Below, in pieces: positions 31,963 to 41,786 of a stretch of 64,000 nt of DNA (position 1 is its first letter; every line of letters starts with the position of its first letter). The stretch covers positions 1,408,001 through 1,472,000 of the forward strand of contig CAVZDU010000001.1 in NCBI GenBank assembly GCA_963774265.1. The letters run 5' to 3'. The position numbers and the translations under genes are program-made. The notes under the pieces were generated by a model. The model was given only the letters and a program-made list of their open reading frames with translations. It was not told the origin of the DNA and ran no database searches. The DNA is from an uncultured Chloroflexia bacterium. GTDB taxonomy: Bacteria; Chloroflexota; Anaerolineae; CG2-30-64-16.

Positions 31963-32882
31963 GCCGATTCCTCCGACATCACGCGCATGAAAAGCTCCTC
32001 CAACGAAGGACGCTGCGGGGCGAGCGCGTAAAGCTGCGCACCTCCCTGCACCAGATAGGACGCAACTCGGGGCAGCACGCTTTCATCCGGCACGTCTAGC
32101 AGCAGTCTTTGTGATGGGTTGGCCGGGTCATCCGCCGTACGCACCTTTCCCCATTGCGACAGCCCGGCCAACAGAGCCTCAGTCAAACCGCTGGCCCGAA
32201 TTTCGATTTCGCTTGCCCCGGCGGTTAGCTCATCCAGCGTCCCGATCCGCACCAGGCGTCCGCCCTTGACAATCCCCACCCGGTCACAGGTCACTTCCAC
32301 CTCGCTCAGGTAGTGCGAGTTGAGGAAGACCGTAACACCCTGGTTGCGCAGATCGCGGATGACCTCCCGCACTTCATAGCGTCCTACGGGGTCAAGTCCA
32401 GATGTCGGCTCATCGAGGAAAACCAGGGAGGGCTGGTTGAGCAGCGCCTGCGCCAACCCCACGCGCTGCTGCATCCCTTTGGAAAACTCACCTAGCCGGG
32501 AGCGCGACCGGCCCCCAAGGCCTACGCGGTCAAGCAAGAGCGGGATACGGGCGTGCCGCTCCGCTGAGTTGAGACCGTACAATTGGCCGTGCATATCCAG
32601 GAAGTTGTAGGCCGACAGCCATGGCGGGAACCGGAAATGCTCGGGCAGGAAGCCGACGCGAGCCATCGCGTGAGGCTCGCCTGGCCGGCGCCCCAGCACG
32701 AGGGCCTCACCCGACGTGGGATGCACCAGTCCGAGGAGCATTTTGACCGTGGTGGTCTTCCCGGCGCCGTTCGGTCCCAGAAAACCAAAGACCTCACCCG
32801 CACCGACAGCCAGATTCAGACCCTGGACGGCAACGAGATCACCGTAAGCCTTGCGCAAATCGCGCGTTTCGATGAGCATCAT
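31959..32882 (-). CDS. ABC transporter ATP-binding protein (exporter type)
   Basis: GPNGAGKT, FSKGMQQR, FLDEPTSGLD, SH. Confidence 0.92.
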   Translation of the reverse strand: MMLIETRDLRKAYGDLVAVQGLNLAVGAGEVFGFLGPNGAGKTTTVKMLLGLVHPTSGEALVLGRRPGEPHAMARVGFLPEHFRFPPWLSAYNFLDMHGQLYGLNSAERHARIPLLLDRVGLGGRSRSRLGEFSKGMQQRVGLAQALLNQPSLVFLDEPTSGLDPVGRYEVREVIRDLRNQGVTVFLNSHYLSEVEVTCDRVGIVKGGRLVRIGTLDELTAGASEIEIRASGLTEALLAGLSQWGKVRTADDPANPSQRLLLDVPDESVLPRVASYLVQGGAQLYALAPQRPSLEELFMRVMSEESA

Positions 32883-32903
32883 GCAGCAACAACTCGGACA
32901 AAG

Positions 32904-32950
32904 CGAAAATCAGCAATCCGGCTCTATTATCGCCGATTTGCTGATTTTCG
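32904..32950 (-). terminator. Intercistronic hairpin between the anti-sigma and ABC genes
   Basis: CGAAAATCAGCAA...TTGCTGATTTTCG 13-bp inverted repeat. Confidence 0.5.
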
Positions 32951-32964
32951 GGTAGGCGCAGACC

Positions 32965-34131
32965 TTACTGAAGTGAATCCGCCGCGTCGAGGAGCACCTT
33001 TTCGTCCAGGTTATCTCCACTCAGGAAGTACAAGATGCCGTCCCGTTCCCACAATAGGGCGGTGTTTTGCCGGCTGGGCTCCACGCCTTCGAGCAGAAGC
33101 CCTGTGACCCCATCGACGGAAACCTCGCGAGCTTTCCCGGCATTCGTAGGCAATGGGATCACCAGGGTGCTGGTCCAGTCGATGCTGTTCGCCATGCGTT
33201 CCGCGTCCTCGGCCGGCATGCCCAGGAAGAGAAAGCCGGTCTTTGCGAGCGCTATCGGATCTATCCCTTCGGGTAAGTCAACCTGCGGACTCGGCGCCTG
33301 GATGAATTCCAGTCGGGTGAACCTCGGCTGGTTGGCGGCAACCTGGTATTGTTGAAGCACGATGTTAGCGATATCGACGTCGAAGGCGATGCTCTCCGTC
33401 TGGGGCAGCCCATCGGTTGAGGCGCCTGCGGCCTGCAAGACGGCTGCGACCGCATCCCGGCCGTATTCGAAGTGCATGGCAGGTCCAGCCTGCACGACGA
33501 CCCTCTCCAGGGTTGTCCCTTCAGGCAAGCGCCCAAGCGTTCTCACGGGATATCCTGCCAGCGCCGTCGCCTGTGTGGCGTCGGCCACAACCTGCTCCGG
33601 CCCTTCCTCACGCACGATTTGCGGCTCGCCGAACGCGCCTTCGGCCTGTCGCGCCAGGCTTTCCAACCGATCCATTTGCCCTTGGTCGAGCGGAATCACT
33701 GCAAACTTGCGGATACGAAACAGGCCCAGGAAGTCGGCCGCGGCCTCGCGCACCGGCGCAATGCTGAACAGGATCGCCACAAGCAGGACTGCGGTGACGG
33801 CCACTGTCAAGGGGCGCCAGCGCGGGCTGAATATGTTTCGACTTGTCATGCCAATTCTCCCTATGAAATTCTCCCAACGGAAGGACTGCGCCTCCGTAGC
33901 GGGGATCTCTGCCCGAAAGCGCGCCAGCGCCTGCTGGGGCTCGGGCATCCGGCCCTGGAATTCCAGATCTTGTATACCGATGCTTACCGTTTGCGCCCGG
34001 CTGCGCAACAGCGCCAACGTTTCTCGGCATTGCGTGCACACCCCAAGATGTGACGTCAACTGCGCCAGCTCGGCGGGCAACAACTCACCATCCAGGTAGG
34101 CACGCAAGCGCCCCATATCGTGTTGGTTCAT
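32965..34131 (-). CDS. Zinc-binding (ZAS, HxxxCxxC) transmembrane anti-sigma factor
   Basis: LRAYLDGEL...HLGVCTQC, single TM, extracytoplasmic domain; overlaps the sigma stop. Confidence 0.8.
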   Translation of the reverse strand: MNQHDMGRLRAYLDGELLPAELAQLTSHLGVCTQCRETLALLRSRAQTVSIGIQDLEFQGRMPEPQQALARFRAEIPATEAQSFRWENFIGRIGMTSRNIFSPRWRPLTVAVTAVLLVAILFSIAPVREAAADFLGLFRIRKFAVIPLDQGQMDRLESLARQAEGAFGEPQIVREEGPEQVVADATQATALAGYPVRTLGRLPEGTTLERVVVQAGPAMHFEYGRDAVAAVLQAAGASTDGLPQTESIAFDVDIANIVLQQYQVAANQPRFTRLEFIQAPSPQVDLPEGIDPIALAKTGFLFLGMPAEDAERMANSIDWTSTLVIPLPTNAGKAREVSVDGVTGLLLEGVEPSRQNTALLWERDGILYFLSGDNLDEKVLLDAADSLQ

Positions 34132-34787
34132 GCTCCCTCACCGCCCCGATTCACGGGATTACTTTGGTTGTCCACAGGAATGCTTCGCGAGTAGGCCTTT
34201 TCGAAGGCGGCCTCTGCCCGCGCAAGCAGCGTGCCCACTGATCCGGGCGCCACATTCAGCGCCTCGGCCAACTCCTTGTACGAGAGACCTGCATAGCGCA
34301 GCAGCAGTAGTTGCACCTGGCGCTCCGGCAGCGCTTTCAATGCCTGACGCACAGCCAGACGCGTCTCTGCCCGTTCGGCTAAATCGACGGGATCTGCCTC
34401 ACCTGTCACGCTGATGACAGTGTTTTCTCGGCGCTGCCGGCGGCCATATCCTCGCACGGAGTTGTACGCCAGGTTGGTGACCACCCGATACAGCCACGCA
34501 GCCACGCGTCGGTCGTCTCCAGGACTGCTTCGCTGGCCTACGGGACTGCTGTGCCGGTCCACAGAACTACTTCGCCGGTCCGCCTGATCCCGCCAGACAT
34601 TGGGCGAGCGATGTAAGCGCAGGAAGGCCTCCTGCGCCAGATCCTCCGCTTCCTCCCGCGTGCCGGTAATCCGATACGCCAGCCGAAACACGGACTGGTA
34701 GCGGGCCAGGAACAAGGCGTCGAAATCAACCGACACAGTATGCTCTGGGGACGTTGGTCGCGCCAGCGATAAGGCAATGCTCCCCAT
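34128..34787 (-). CDS. ECF RNA polymerase sigma factor carrying a repeat insertion
   Basis: EAEDLAQEAFLRL, AWLYRV, region 4 GLSYKELAEALNVAPGSVGTLLARA. Confidence 0.9.
   Translation of the reverse strand: MGSIALSLARPTSPEHTVSVDFDALFLARYQSVFRLAYRITGTREEAEDLAQEAFLRLHRSPNVWRDQADRRSSSVDRHSSPVGQRSSPGDDRRVAAWLYRVVTNLAYNSVRGYGRRQRRENTVISVTGEADPVDLAERAETRLAVRQALKALPERQVQLLLLRYAGLSYKELAEALNVAPGSVGTLLARAEAAFEKAYSRSIPVDNQSNPVNRGGEGA
34511..34583 (+). repeat. 3.5 tandem 21-bp units of repeat family B (consensus GCCGGTCCACAGGACTGCTTC) inside the sigma gene
   Basis: GGTCGTCTCCAGGACTGCTTC / GCTGGCCTACGGGACTGCTGT / GCCGGTCCACAGAACTACTTC / GCCGGTCCGC. Confidence 0.75.
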
Positions 34788-34875
34788 CCTGCAGTGTCCT
34801 CATGTAAGCTTTGGTTCTATGATTAAGAACACCGCAAGATGGCGATTTGTGACAAGAGGGCGATGTTGTTCTTTG

Positions 34876-35142
34876 TCAGCTTTCAAACGGCTGCGTGTCC
34901 AGGCTCCCGTCCGGTCCCTGGATCAGTTGCCGCACTCGCAACTCCGCGCGATCCAGCAGAGCGTTGCACTGTTGCGCCAGCGTTGTGCTGCGCTCGAAAA
35001 GGGACAGCGCATCGCTCAGTGACAGGTCGCCTCCCTCCAGCTTGCGCACGGTTTCTTCCAGCTCGGAATAGAGCTCCTCAAAGGCGCCCGGTGAGGGCGA
35101 TGCACGTGTCGCCTCACCATCGCTTGCGTGCTCTTCTGTCAT
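34876..35142 (-). CDS. xseB: Exodeoxyribonuclease VII small subunit
   Basis: FEELYSELEETVRKLEGGDLSLSDALSLFERS. Confidence 0.92.
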   Translation of the reverse strand: MTEEHASDGEATRASPSPGAFEELYSELEETVRKLEGGDLSLSDALSLFERSTTLAQQCNALLDRAELRVRQLIQGPDGSLDTQPFES

Positions 35143-36353
35143 TTCACTCCTCGAACTGTTGTCTCGAACGCGCCGTCGGCCACACGCACGGTGAGCGCGT
35201 CTCCCGCAGCCACTTGATGGATGGAACTGACGATTTCTTTTTCGCGCGTGACGATGGCGTAGCCCCTTTCGAGCACGCGGCCGGGGTCTAGTGCCGCCAA
35301 TTGCAGGCGTAAACCTTTCAGGCGGGCGCGGTCATTGCGAACGGTGTTCATGATCGCCAGGCTGGCGCGGCGCTGGAGATCGTCCACTCGCTGTCGGTCT
35401 GTGGCGAGGCGACGTTCAGGAGACACGCGCCGGGCACGACCGGCAAGGATCTCGACAGCAGACCGTGCTCTACTCAGGCGCTGGGTGATGGCGGCTTGCG
35501 CCGCAGTCCCCAGGTCGGCCAGCACCAGCAGCACCTGGCGCATATCCGGGGTGCAGGCCGCGGCCGCCCCCGTGGGTGTGGGGGCACGCAGATCTGCTGA
35601 GAAGTCAGCAATGGTGAAGTCAGTCTCATGACCCACACCAGTGACGACCGGTACAGCGGACGCAGCGATGGCACGCGCCACGCGCTCATCGTTGAATGCC
35701 CATAACTCCTCGATGGAGCCGCCCCCGCGCGCAACGATGATCGCGTCCAACGGCTCGCGCTCGGCCGACCAGCGGTTGAGCATCGCCAACGACGCGCAGA
35801 TGCCGGGCGGCGCGTCCGCGCCCTGCACCGGGGTGGGAGCCAAAACAACACTGACCAGCGGATACCGGGCAGCCAGCGTGCGCAGGATATCGCGCAAAGC
35901 CGCTGCATTGGCTGAGGTGACGATGCCCAGCCGCCTGGGCAGAGCCGGGATGGGGCGTTTTCGAGCGTCGTCGAACAACCCCTCGGCAGTGAGCCGCGCG
36001 CGCAGCCGCTCGAATTCCTGCCATAGTCGCCCAGCGCCAGCCGCCTCCAGGCGATCGATGTAAAACTGGTAGACACCCTGGCTTTCGTAGACCGATACAT
36101 AGCCGTGTGCGACGACGGCGTCGCCGTCGCGCGGCAGGGACATGCGGACGGCGGCGGTGCGCCAGATTACCGACCGGATAGATGCGTCGCCATCCTTCAG
36201 CGTCAGATAGCAATGTCCTGACGTCGCCAGCTTGAAGTTTGACACCTCGCCACTGATCCATACGTCAGACAGCAACTCGTCAGCAACGAAGAGCGACTTA
36301 ATATAAGCCGTGGCCTGCGAGACCGACAGGACGTTGACGTTCTGCATGATCAC
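35139..36353 (-). CDS. xseA: Exodeoxyribonuclease VII large subunit
   Basis: GEVSNFK, SGHCYLTLKD, ARGGGSIEELWAFNDE, GVGHETD, APTPT. Confidence 0.95.
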   Translation of the reverse strand: MIMQNVNVLSVSQATAYIKSLFVADELLSDVWISGEVSNFKLATSGHCYLTLKDGDASIRSVIWRTAAVRMSLPRDGDAVVAHGYVSVYESQGVYQFYIDRLEAAGAGRLWQEFERLRARLTAEGLFDDARKRPIPALPRRLGIVTSANAAALRDILRTLAARYPLVSVVLAPTPVQGADAPPGICASLAMLNRWSAEREPLDAIIVARGGGSIEELWAFNDERVARAIAASAVPVVTGVGHETDFTIADFSADLRAPTPTGAAAACTPDMRQVLLVLADLGTAAQAAITQRLSRARSAVEILAGRARRVSPERRLATDRQRVDDLQRRASLAIMNTVRNDRARLKGLRLQLAALDPGRVLERGYAIVTREKEIVSSIHQVAAGDALTVRVADGAFETTVRGVK

Positions 36354-36357
36354 CTGC

Positions 36358-37422
36358 TCAATGGAAGCTCGGCACGCGCAGGAAGAAAAATGCCAGCGCG
36401 AGGATCACGTAGAGCGCCAGCAACTGCACACCCTCAAGCCAGTGACTCTCACCGTCCTGCGCCACGAACGCCGCGACCAGGACGCCGGCGAAGAGGGCAA
36501 TGATTTCGAATTGGTTGAACACCAGGGTCAAGGGGTTGCCCATCAGCAGGCTGACAAACACCAGGACCGGTGCAACGAACAGGGCAACCTGCAGGCTGGA
36601 GCCGAGCGAAACCGTCATGCTCAACTCCATCTTGTTCTTAAGCGCAGCTTGCACAGCCACAAGGTGCTCGGCAACGTTGCCAATGATGGGGACAACAATG
36701 ATGCCAATGAAGAATTCGGAGACGCCCAGGGCAGCCACTGTCGGCTCCACTGACCCGACCAGCACTTCGCTCAACACGGCGATAAGCGCTGTAGAGCCCA
36801 ACAGATAAGCTACCGCCTTACGGATCGGCCATCCGCCGTGGTGCGCATTTTGGGTCGCGTGGCCTAACTCGGGTTCCGGGCTCGTGAAACGGAATGCGAA
36901 AACGAGCCCCAGAACATACACGATCAGCATGGCGATGGCCGTACCGATGCTCAAGGATTCGACCGGCCCGGTCGTTTCGGTGTGGGCAAAGAAGAAGAGG
37001 GAGGGGATCATCAATGCCAACACCGCGAGGATGAGTTGAATTGCGTTGGCGCCAGCTTGCGTCCGATCAAAACGCTGCACGCCGTTCTTGAGACCCCCGA
37101 CAACGATCGCCAGCCCCATGACCAGCAGGATATTTCCCAGGATCGAACCGGTGATAGACGCCTTGACCAACTCCAACAATCCGGCGCGAATGGCGAACAG
37201 GGTGATGATCAACTCCGCCGCATTGCCAAGGGTTGCATTGAGCAGCCCACCGACGCGCGGCCCCGTGTGAACGGCGAGTTCTTCGGTGGCTTGTCCCAGA
37301 ATACCGGCGGTGGGGATGACGGCCAGCGCTGAGGTGATGAAAACGAGAGTTGGCGACCAATCCAGGATGCGGCCCAGAATGGCGAGCGGGGCGAAGATCA
37401 GCAGGACATTGATGAATTTCAC
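36358..37422 (-). CDS. cax: Calcium/proton exchanger (CaCA family)
   Basis: LNATLGNAAE and GNVAEH alpha-repeat motifs. Confidence 0.9.
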   Translation of the reverse strand: MKFINVLLIFAPLAILGRILDWSPTLVFITSALAVIPTAGILGQATEELAVHTGPRVGGLLNATLGNAAELIITLFAIRAGLLELVKASITGSILGNILLVMGLAIVVGGLKNGVQRFDRTQAGANAIQLILAVLALMIPSLFFFAHTETTGPVESLSIGTAIAMLIVYVLGLVFAFRFTSPEPELGHATQNAHHGGWPIRKAVAYLLGSTALIAVLSEVLVGSVEPTVAALGVSEFFIGIIVVPIIGNVAEHLVAVQAALKNKMELSMTVSLGSSLQVALFVAPVLVFVSLLMGNPLTLVFNQFEIIALFAGVLVAAFVAQDGESHWLEGVQLLALYVILALAFFFLRVPSFH

Positions 37423-38474
37423 GGTAGGCTACTCCTTTCTTTGATAGCGGATTGCACGTCGCGGGCGGTACGCTGCATCCACTCCCACAGACCCTGTGGT
37501 GGTGGCGCCAACCCTTCGGGATCCATAAAGAGATTGGCCGGGGCGCCCAGGGGCGCCAGGAGGTTGAGGGCCTTGGGCAGGATTTCGATGACGACGGGGG
37601 TCTCCCCTACGCAATCACCGTCCACATGAACAGGCAGACGACGACTGGTGCGGATTTCGACGCGTCGGGCGCGATAGATGTCGACCTCCGGATCGTCGAT
37701 GTGACGGGCGACCAGCAGCTTCATGCCATGTCGGAAAGTGCGGAAGCCGCTGCTACCCAGAAAACCGTACACGTCGAGCCAACCATCGTCAATCTTCGCG
37801 TGCTGAGCCAGGCGCCAACTCAGTCCGTAGAGCTGGATGTTGCTGGCGGTCAGCATGACAATACGCCGGCTGATGCGATGGCCGTCGATTCGCAGCCTGG
37901 CGGACGTCCCACGCCAGTAGCGCAGCGTCATGAAGGTGGTGACAAAGTGGGCAAGTGGACTGCCCAGTCGCCGCTTTATGTCTTTGTCTGCTGCGACGTT
38001 CCGGTTCACTTCTGCATCGAAGCCCACGCCGCCCCAGCAAAGAAAATGGTGCACCGGGCCGCGCCCGCCGCGCAGTGTCATGCGTCCCACATCCACCCGA
38101 CGGATCTGGCCGCCCAGCAGCAGTCGTGCGGATTCGACGATGGGTTTGGGATGGATGCCACCGGGGACGGGCAGGTTGAGCTGGTGGGCAAAGACATTGC
38201 CCGAGCCTCCGGGCAGCACCGCCAGTGCGGTATCGGAGCCCAGCAGCCCGTCAACGACTTGAGCGATGGTCCCGTCTCCGCCAAGCAGGAAGACCACATC
38301 TGTACTATTGGCAGCCGCCTGGCGGGCAAACGTTGTGGCATCGCCGGGACCCAGCGTGGTGTCCACCGACGAGACGGCAATCCCGCTCTCCTGCAGCAGG
38401 TTGACGATCTGGAGAATGTCATCCGCGGGAGCGTGCTGACCTGCTTCGGGGTTGGCGATGATAGTCGCCTTCAT
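37419..38474 (-). CDS. Diacylglycerol kinase family lipid kinase (YegS/DagK-like)
   Basis: NPEAG, GGDGT, LPGGSGNVFA, GVGFDA, HVDGD. Confidence 0.88.
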   Translation of the reverse strand: MKATIIANPEAGQHAPADDILQIVNLLQESGIAVSSVDTTLGPGDATTFARQAAANSTDVVFLLGGDGTIAQVVDGLLGSDTALAVLPGGSGNVFAHQLNLPVPGGIHPKPIVESARLLLGGQIRRVDVGRMTLRGGRGPVHHFLCWGGVGFDAEVNRNVAADKDIKRRLGSPLAHFVTTFMTLRYWRGTSARLRIDGHRISRRIVMLTASNIQLYGLSWRLAQHAKIDDGWLDVYGFLGSSGFRTFRHGMKLLVARHIDDPEVDIYRARRVEIRTSRRLPVHVDGDCVGETPVVIEILPKALNLLAPLGAPANLFMDPEGLAPPPQGLWEWMQRTARDVQSAIKERSSLP

Positions 38475-38488
38475 AGCATTGCCTCAGC

Positions 38489-38509
38489 CGTGGTCTACAG
38501 GACTGCTTT
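38489..38509 (+). repeat. Family-B unit supplying the meaB stop codon
   Basis: CGTGGTCTACAGGACTGCTTT. Confidence 0.6.
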
Positions 38510-39580
38510 GTGCTCACCGCACTGCAGCGCAGCGCGCAGTGATGCAGTGCAGGTGTCGCGAAGAACCTGGTCCGCGGCGGTATACGGGTCGATTTCGCGT
38601 CGAGCGATCGCCACAGCAAGCCGCGTTACGAGTGTCGCGGCACTCATGCCGTCCGGCTGGCTTGCCATCAAGGCGGCCATAAGCCGCTCAGCCAGGATGG
38701 CGTTGAGCGCCGCGGTCGCGCGGATCACCTCCCGGCGACTGAGTTGGCCTGTCTCGCGGAGAAAACTGGCATGGCGCTCGATCCAATCCCGCAGCACATC
38801 CACGCCTTCGCTGCGAACTGCTACGGTCTTCGTGATCGGCGGGAGCCACGAGCCATCCGGCTGCGCGCCAGGTTCAGCATGGACGGCCGGATGCCTTGAA
38901 CGGTCCCCACGGGATGGTTCCCCATGATGACTTGCCGCTAATGGCGCCAGTCCCTGCATCATTTGGAGCGCCATGATGGTGTGGTCAGCGCCCTCGCGAT
39001 CGGCCTTATTCACAGCGAACAGGTCCGCGATCTCGAGGATGCCCGCTTTGATGGCTTGCACCTCGTCGCCCAACCCTGGCGCCTCGACGACGATGGTCGT
39101 ATGCGCAGCACTGGCGATGTCGATCTCTGCCTGCCCAACTCCAACCGTCTCGATCAGGATGCGGTCGAAGCCGGCTGCGTCAAGGACGGTCAATACATCC
39201 GAAGTCGCACGAGCAAGGCCCCCCAGGCTGCCGCGCGTCGCCATGCTGCGGATGAAGACGCCCGGATCACCTGACAGGTCGCGCATGCGGACACGGTCGC
39301 CCAAGAGCGCGCCGCCTGAAAAGGGGCTAGTCGGATCGACCGCCACAACGCCCACCGTGAGTCCCTGGGACCGATACGCGCGTGCAAGTGCATTGACCAG
39401 GGTGGACTTGCCTGTGCCCGGCGCACCGGTGATACCTATCAGGTGAGCGCGGCCGGTGTGCGGGTAAAGTGCAGCGAGGAGTTGCTGCGCATCGACAGCT
39501 TCATTCTCAACATGAGAGATAGCCTTCGCCAGCGCACGCCGATTGCCGGCAAGAAGCGGTTCGACCAGATCCAGCCCCAT
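38495..39580 (-). CDS. meaB: Acyl-CoA mutase-associated GTPase MeaB/ArgK
   Basis: GITGAPGTGKST, AVDPTSPFSGGALLGDRVRM, ETVGVGQ, NKAD. Confidence 0.93.
   Translation of the reverse strand: MGLDLVEPLLAGNRRALAKAISHVENEAVDAQQLLAALYPHTGRAHLIGITGAPGTGKSTLVNALARAYRSQGLTVGVVAVDPTSPFSGGALLGDRVRMRDLSGDPGVFIRSMATRGSLGGLARATSDVLTVLDAAGFDRILIETVGVGQAEIDIASAAHTTIVVEAPGLGDEVQAIKAGILEIADLFAVNKADREGADHTIMALQMMQGLAPLAASHHGEPSRGDRSRHPAVHAEPGAQPDGSWLPPITKTVAVRSEGVDVLRDWIERHASFLRETGQLSRREVIRATAALNAILAERLMAALMASQPDGMSAATLVTRLAVAIARREIDPYTAADQVLRDTCTASLRAALQCGEHKAVL
38903..38923 (+). repeat. Family-A unit inside meaB (antisense to the gene; GEPSRGD)
   Basis: GTCCCCACGGGATGGTTCCCC. Confidence 0.75.
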
Positions 39581-39591
39581 CTGGGAAACCC

Positions 39592-40020
39592 TTATTGTCC
39601 CACAGGGACGGTCCCCAGTCTTTGGGTCTGCGTCTCGCGCCGGATAAAGTCGATAATGTCGTGCGTATTGGTTCCAGGACCGAAGACACCCTTCACCCCA
39701 AGTTGTTTGAGTGGCTCAACATCCTCATCCGGGATAATGCCGCCCAAGAGGACAATAACGTCATTCATCTCTTGTGCGCGCAACAACTCGACGATGCGCG
39801 GGCACAGCGCCATATGCGCACCCGACAGGATCGACAGCCCCACGATATCCACATCTTCCTGCAGGGCGGCCTCGGCAATCATTTCCGGAGTCTGCCGAAT
39901 CCCGGTATAAATGACCTCCATGCCTGCGTCACGCAATGCACGCGCAACCACCTTGGCGCCTCGATCGTGCCCATCTAGTCCAGGCTTGGCCACCAATACA
40001 CGAATCTTTCGCTCAGTCAT
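39592..40020 (-). CDS. Cobalamin-binding small subunit of acyl-CoA mutase (IcmB/MutB-like)
   Basis: [10 protein letters not shown] (DxHxxG), [14 protein letters not shown]. Confidence 0.93.
   Translation of the reverse strand: MTERKIRVLVAKPGLDGHDRGAKVVARALRDAGMEVIYTGIRQTPEMIAEAALQEDVDIVGLSILSGAHMALCPRIVELLRAQEMNDVIVLLGGIIPDEDVEPLKQLGVKGVFGPGTNTHDIIDFIRRETQTQRLGTVPVGQ
39597..39617 (+). repeat. Family-A unit forming the C-terminus of the B12-binding subunit (LGTVPVG)
   Basis: GTCCCACAGGGACGGTCCCCA. Confidence 0.8.
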
Positions 40021-40070
40021 GTAGCTCGCCCTCCGGTGCTATTGTACCGCCACACCGTGTTATTGTCACC

Positions 40071-41771
40071 CTAGAAGAACACCGGCTCCTGGTACTCCCC
40101 AAATACCTCTCGAAAGATGCCGGTGATCTCGCCCAGCGTAGCATACGCGGTTACGGCGTCCAGGATGGGATACATCAGATTATCCTTGCCCCGCGCCGCG
40201 TCCCGGAGCCGTCCAAGCATGGCTTGCACCTGTCCATTGTCGCGGCCGGAACGCACCTGCTCAAGCCGAGCGATCTGTCGTTCGTACCCCTGCGGATCCA
40301 TTTCTAAGATCGGAATGGACATCGGTTCATCGGCTACAAAATCGTTGACGCCAACGATGGTGCGCTGCCCTCGATCTATCTCTTGCTGGAATCGGAATGC
40401 TGCCTCTGAAATCTCGCGCTGCATGAAGCCGGCCTCCAGCGCGGGGATGACACCGCCAAGCGCTTCGATCCGTTTGAAATAGGCTTTGGCCTCGGCCTCC
40501 ATACGATCCGTGAGCGCCTCCACGAAGAAGGAGCCGGCCAGCGGATCGGTGGTATCGGCGGCGCCGCTCTCTTCGGCGATCACCTGCTGAGTGCGCAGAG
40601 CGATTGTGACAGCCTTCTGCGAAGGCAGCGCCAGCGCCTCATCCATGCTGTTCGTGTGGAGGCTTTGTGTGCCGCCCAACACAGCGGCCAACGCTTGCAG
40701 CGCCACGCGCACGATATTGACTTCGGGCTGCTGCGCAGTCAGGCTCACGCCGGAGGTTTGCGCATGGGTGCGCAGCATCCAGGAGCGAGGGTCCTTAGCC
40801 CCGTATTTTTCGCGCAGCGCACGCGCCCAGATGCGCCGCGCCGCACGGAATTTGGCGATCTCCTCGAAGAACTCGCTGTGGGCGTTGAAGAAGAACGATA
40901 GGCGGGGTGCAAAGTCGTCAATGTTCATCCCCCGTTCCAGAGCGGCCTCGACATATGCAAACCCGTCAGCGAGCGTGAACGCCAGCTCCTGGGCCGCCGT
41001 GGATCCTGCCTCTCGGATGTGATAGCCGGAGATGCTGATGGTGTTCCACTTCGGCATCTCCCTGGCGCCGAACTCGATCGTGTCGACGACCAGACGCATA
41101 GAGGGCGCGGGCGGGAAGAGGAATTCTTTCTGTGCAATGTATTCCTTGAGAATATCGTTTTGCGTGGTGCCGCCCAGCGCGGATCGAGGAATCCCCCGCT
41201 TCTCCGCCGCCGCTATATACATGGCCCATATGATGGCCGCCGGGCTGTTGATGGTCATGGAGGTGGTTACCTGGTCCAGTGGCAGGCCTGAAAGCAGAAT
41301 TTCCATGTCGGCCAGCGAAGAAATGGCGACGCCACACTTACCGAACTCGCCGATGGCCTCCGGCGCGTCTGTGTCGTAGCCGTAGAGTGTGGGCATGTCG
41401 AAAGCAATGGAAAGGCCGGTCTGTCCCTGCTCCAACAGATAGCGGAAACGCGCGTTGGTCTCTTCGGCCGAACCGAAGCCAGCGAACATACGCATGGTCC
41501 ACAGCTTGCCGCGGTAGCCGGTGGGATGCACCCCGCGTGTGAAAGGGTAGCGGCCCGGCAGGCCCAGGTCGCGATCGTAGTTGAGTTCTGCGGCATTGGC
41601 CGGCGTATACAGGCGTTCGATGGGTGCACCCGACATGGTCGTGAAGGGGTTCTTGCGTTCCGGGATGCGTGCCAAGGCTTGCCGGACATCTGTCTCTTCC
41701 CATTGTTCGACGGACTCGCAGATTTGTTGGGTTGTGGCCTTGTCCCACAAGGATGGCTCCTGATCGACCAT
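40071..41771 (-). CDS. Acyl-CoA mutase large subunit with isobutyryl-CoA mutase signature (IcmA-like)
   Basis: [42 protein letters not shown]. Confidence 0.85.
   Translation of the reverse strand: MVDQEPSLWDKATTQQICESVEQWEETDVRQALARIPERKNPFTTMSGAPIERLYTPANAAELNYDRDLGLPGRYPFTRGVHPTGYRGKLWTMRMFAGFGSAEETNARFRYLLEQGQTGLSIAFDMPTLYGYDTDAPEAIGEFGKCGVAISSLADMEILLSGLPLDQVTTSMTINSPAAIIWAMYIAAAEKRGIPRSALGGTTQNDILKEYIAQKEFLFPPAPSMRLVVDTIEFGAREMPKWNTISISGYHIREAGSTAAQELAFTLADGFAYVEAALERGMNIDDFAPRLSFFFNAHSEFFEEIAKFRAARRIWARALREKYGAKDPRSWMLRTHAQTSGVSLTAQQPEVNIVRVALQALAAVLGGTQSLHTNSMDEALALPSQKAVTIALRTQQVIAEESGAADTTDPLAGSFFVEALTDRMEAEAKAYFKRIEALGGVIPALEAGFMQREISEAAFRFQQEIDRGQRTIVGVNDFVADEPMSIPILEMDPQGYERQIARLEQVRSGRDNGQVQAMLGRLRDAARGKDNLMYPILDAVTAYATLGEITGIFREVFGEYQEPVFF
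41742..41762 (+). repeat. Degenerate family-A unit in the mutase N-terminus (QEPSLWD)
   Basis: GTCCCACAAGGATGGCTCCTG. Confidence 0.65.
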
Positions 41772-41786
41772 TTTGTGCCTCCGTCT

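Noticed and set aside
37452-38927. Long antisense ORFs (e.g. 37452-38927, 18229-19299, 22899-23876, 61283-62461)
   Set aside because: Shadow ORFs opposite well-supported genes in GC-rich DNA; no motifs
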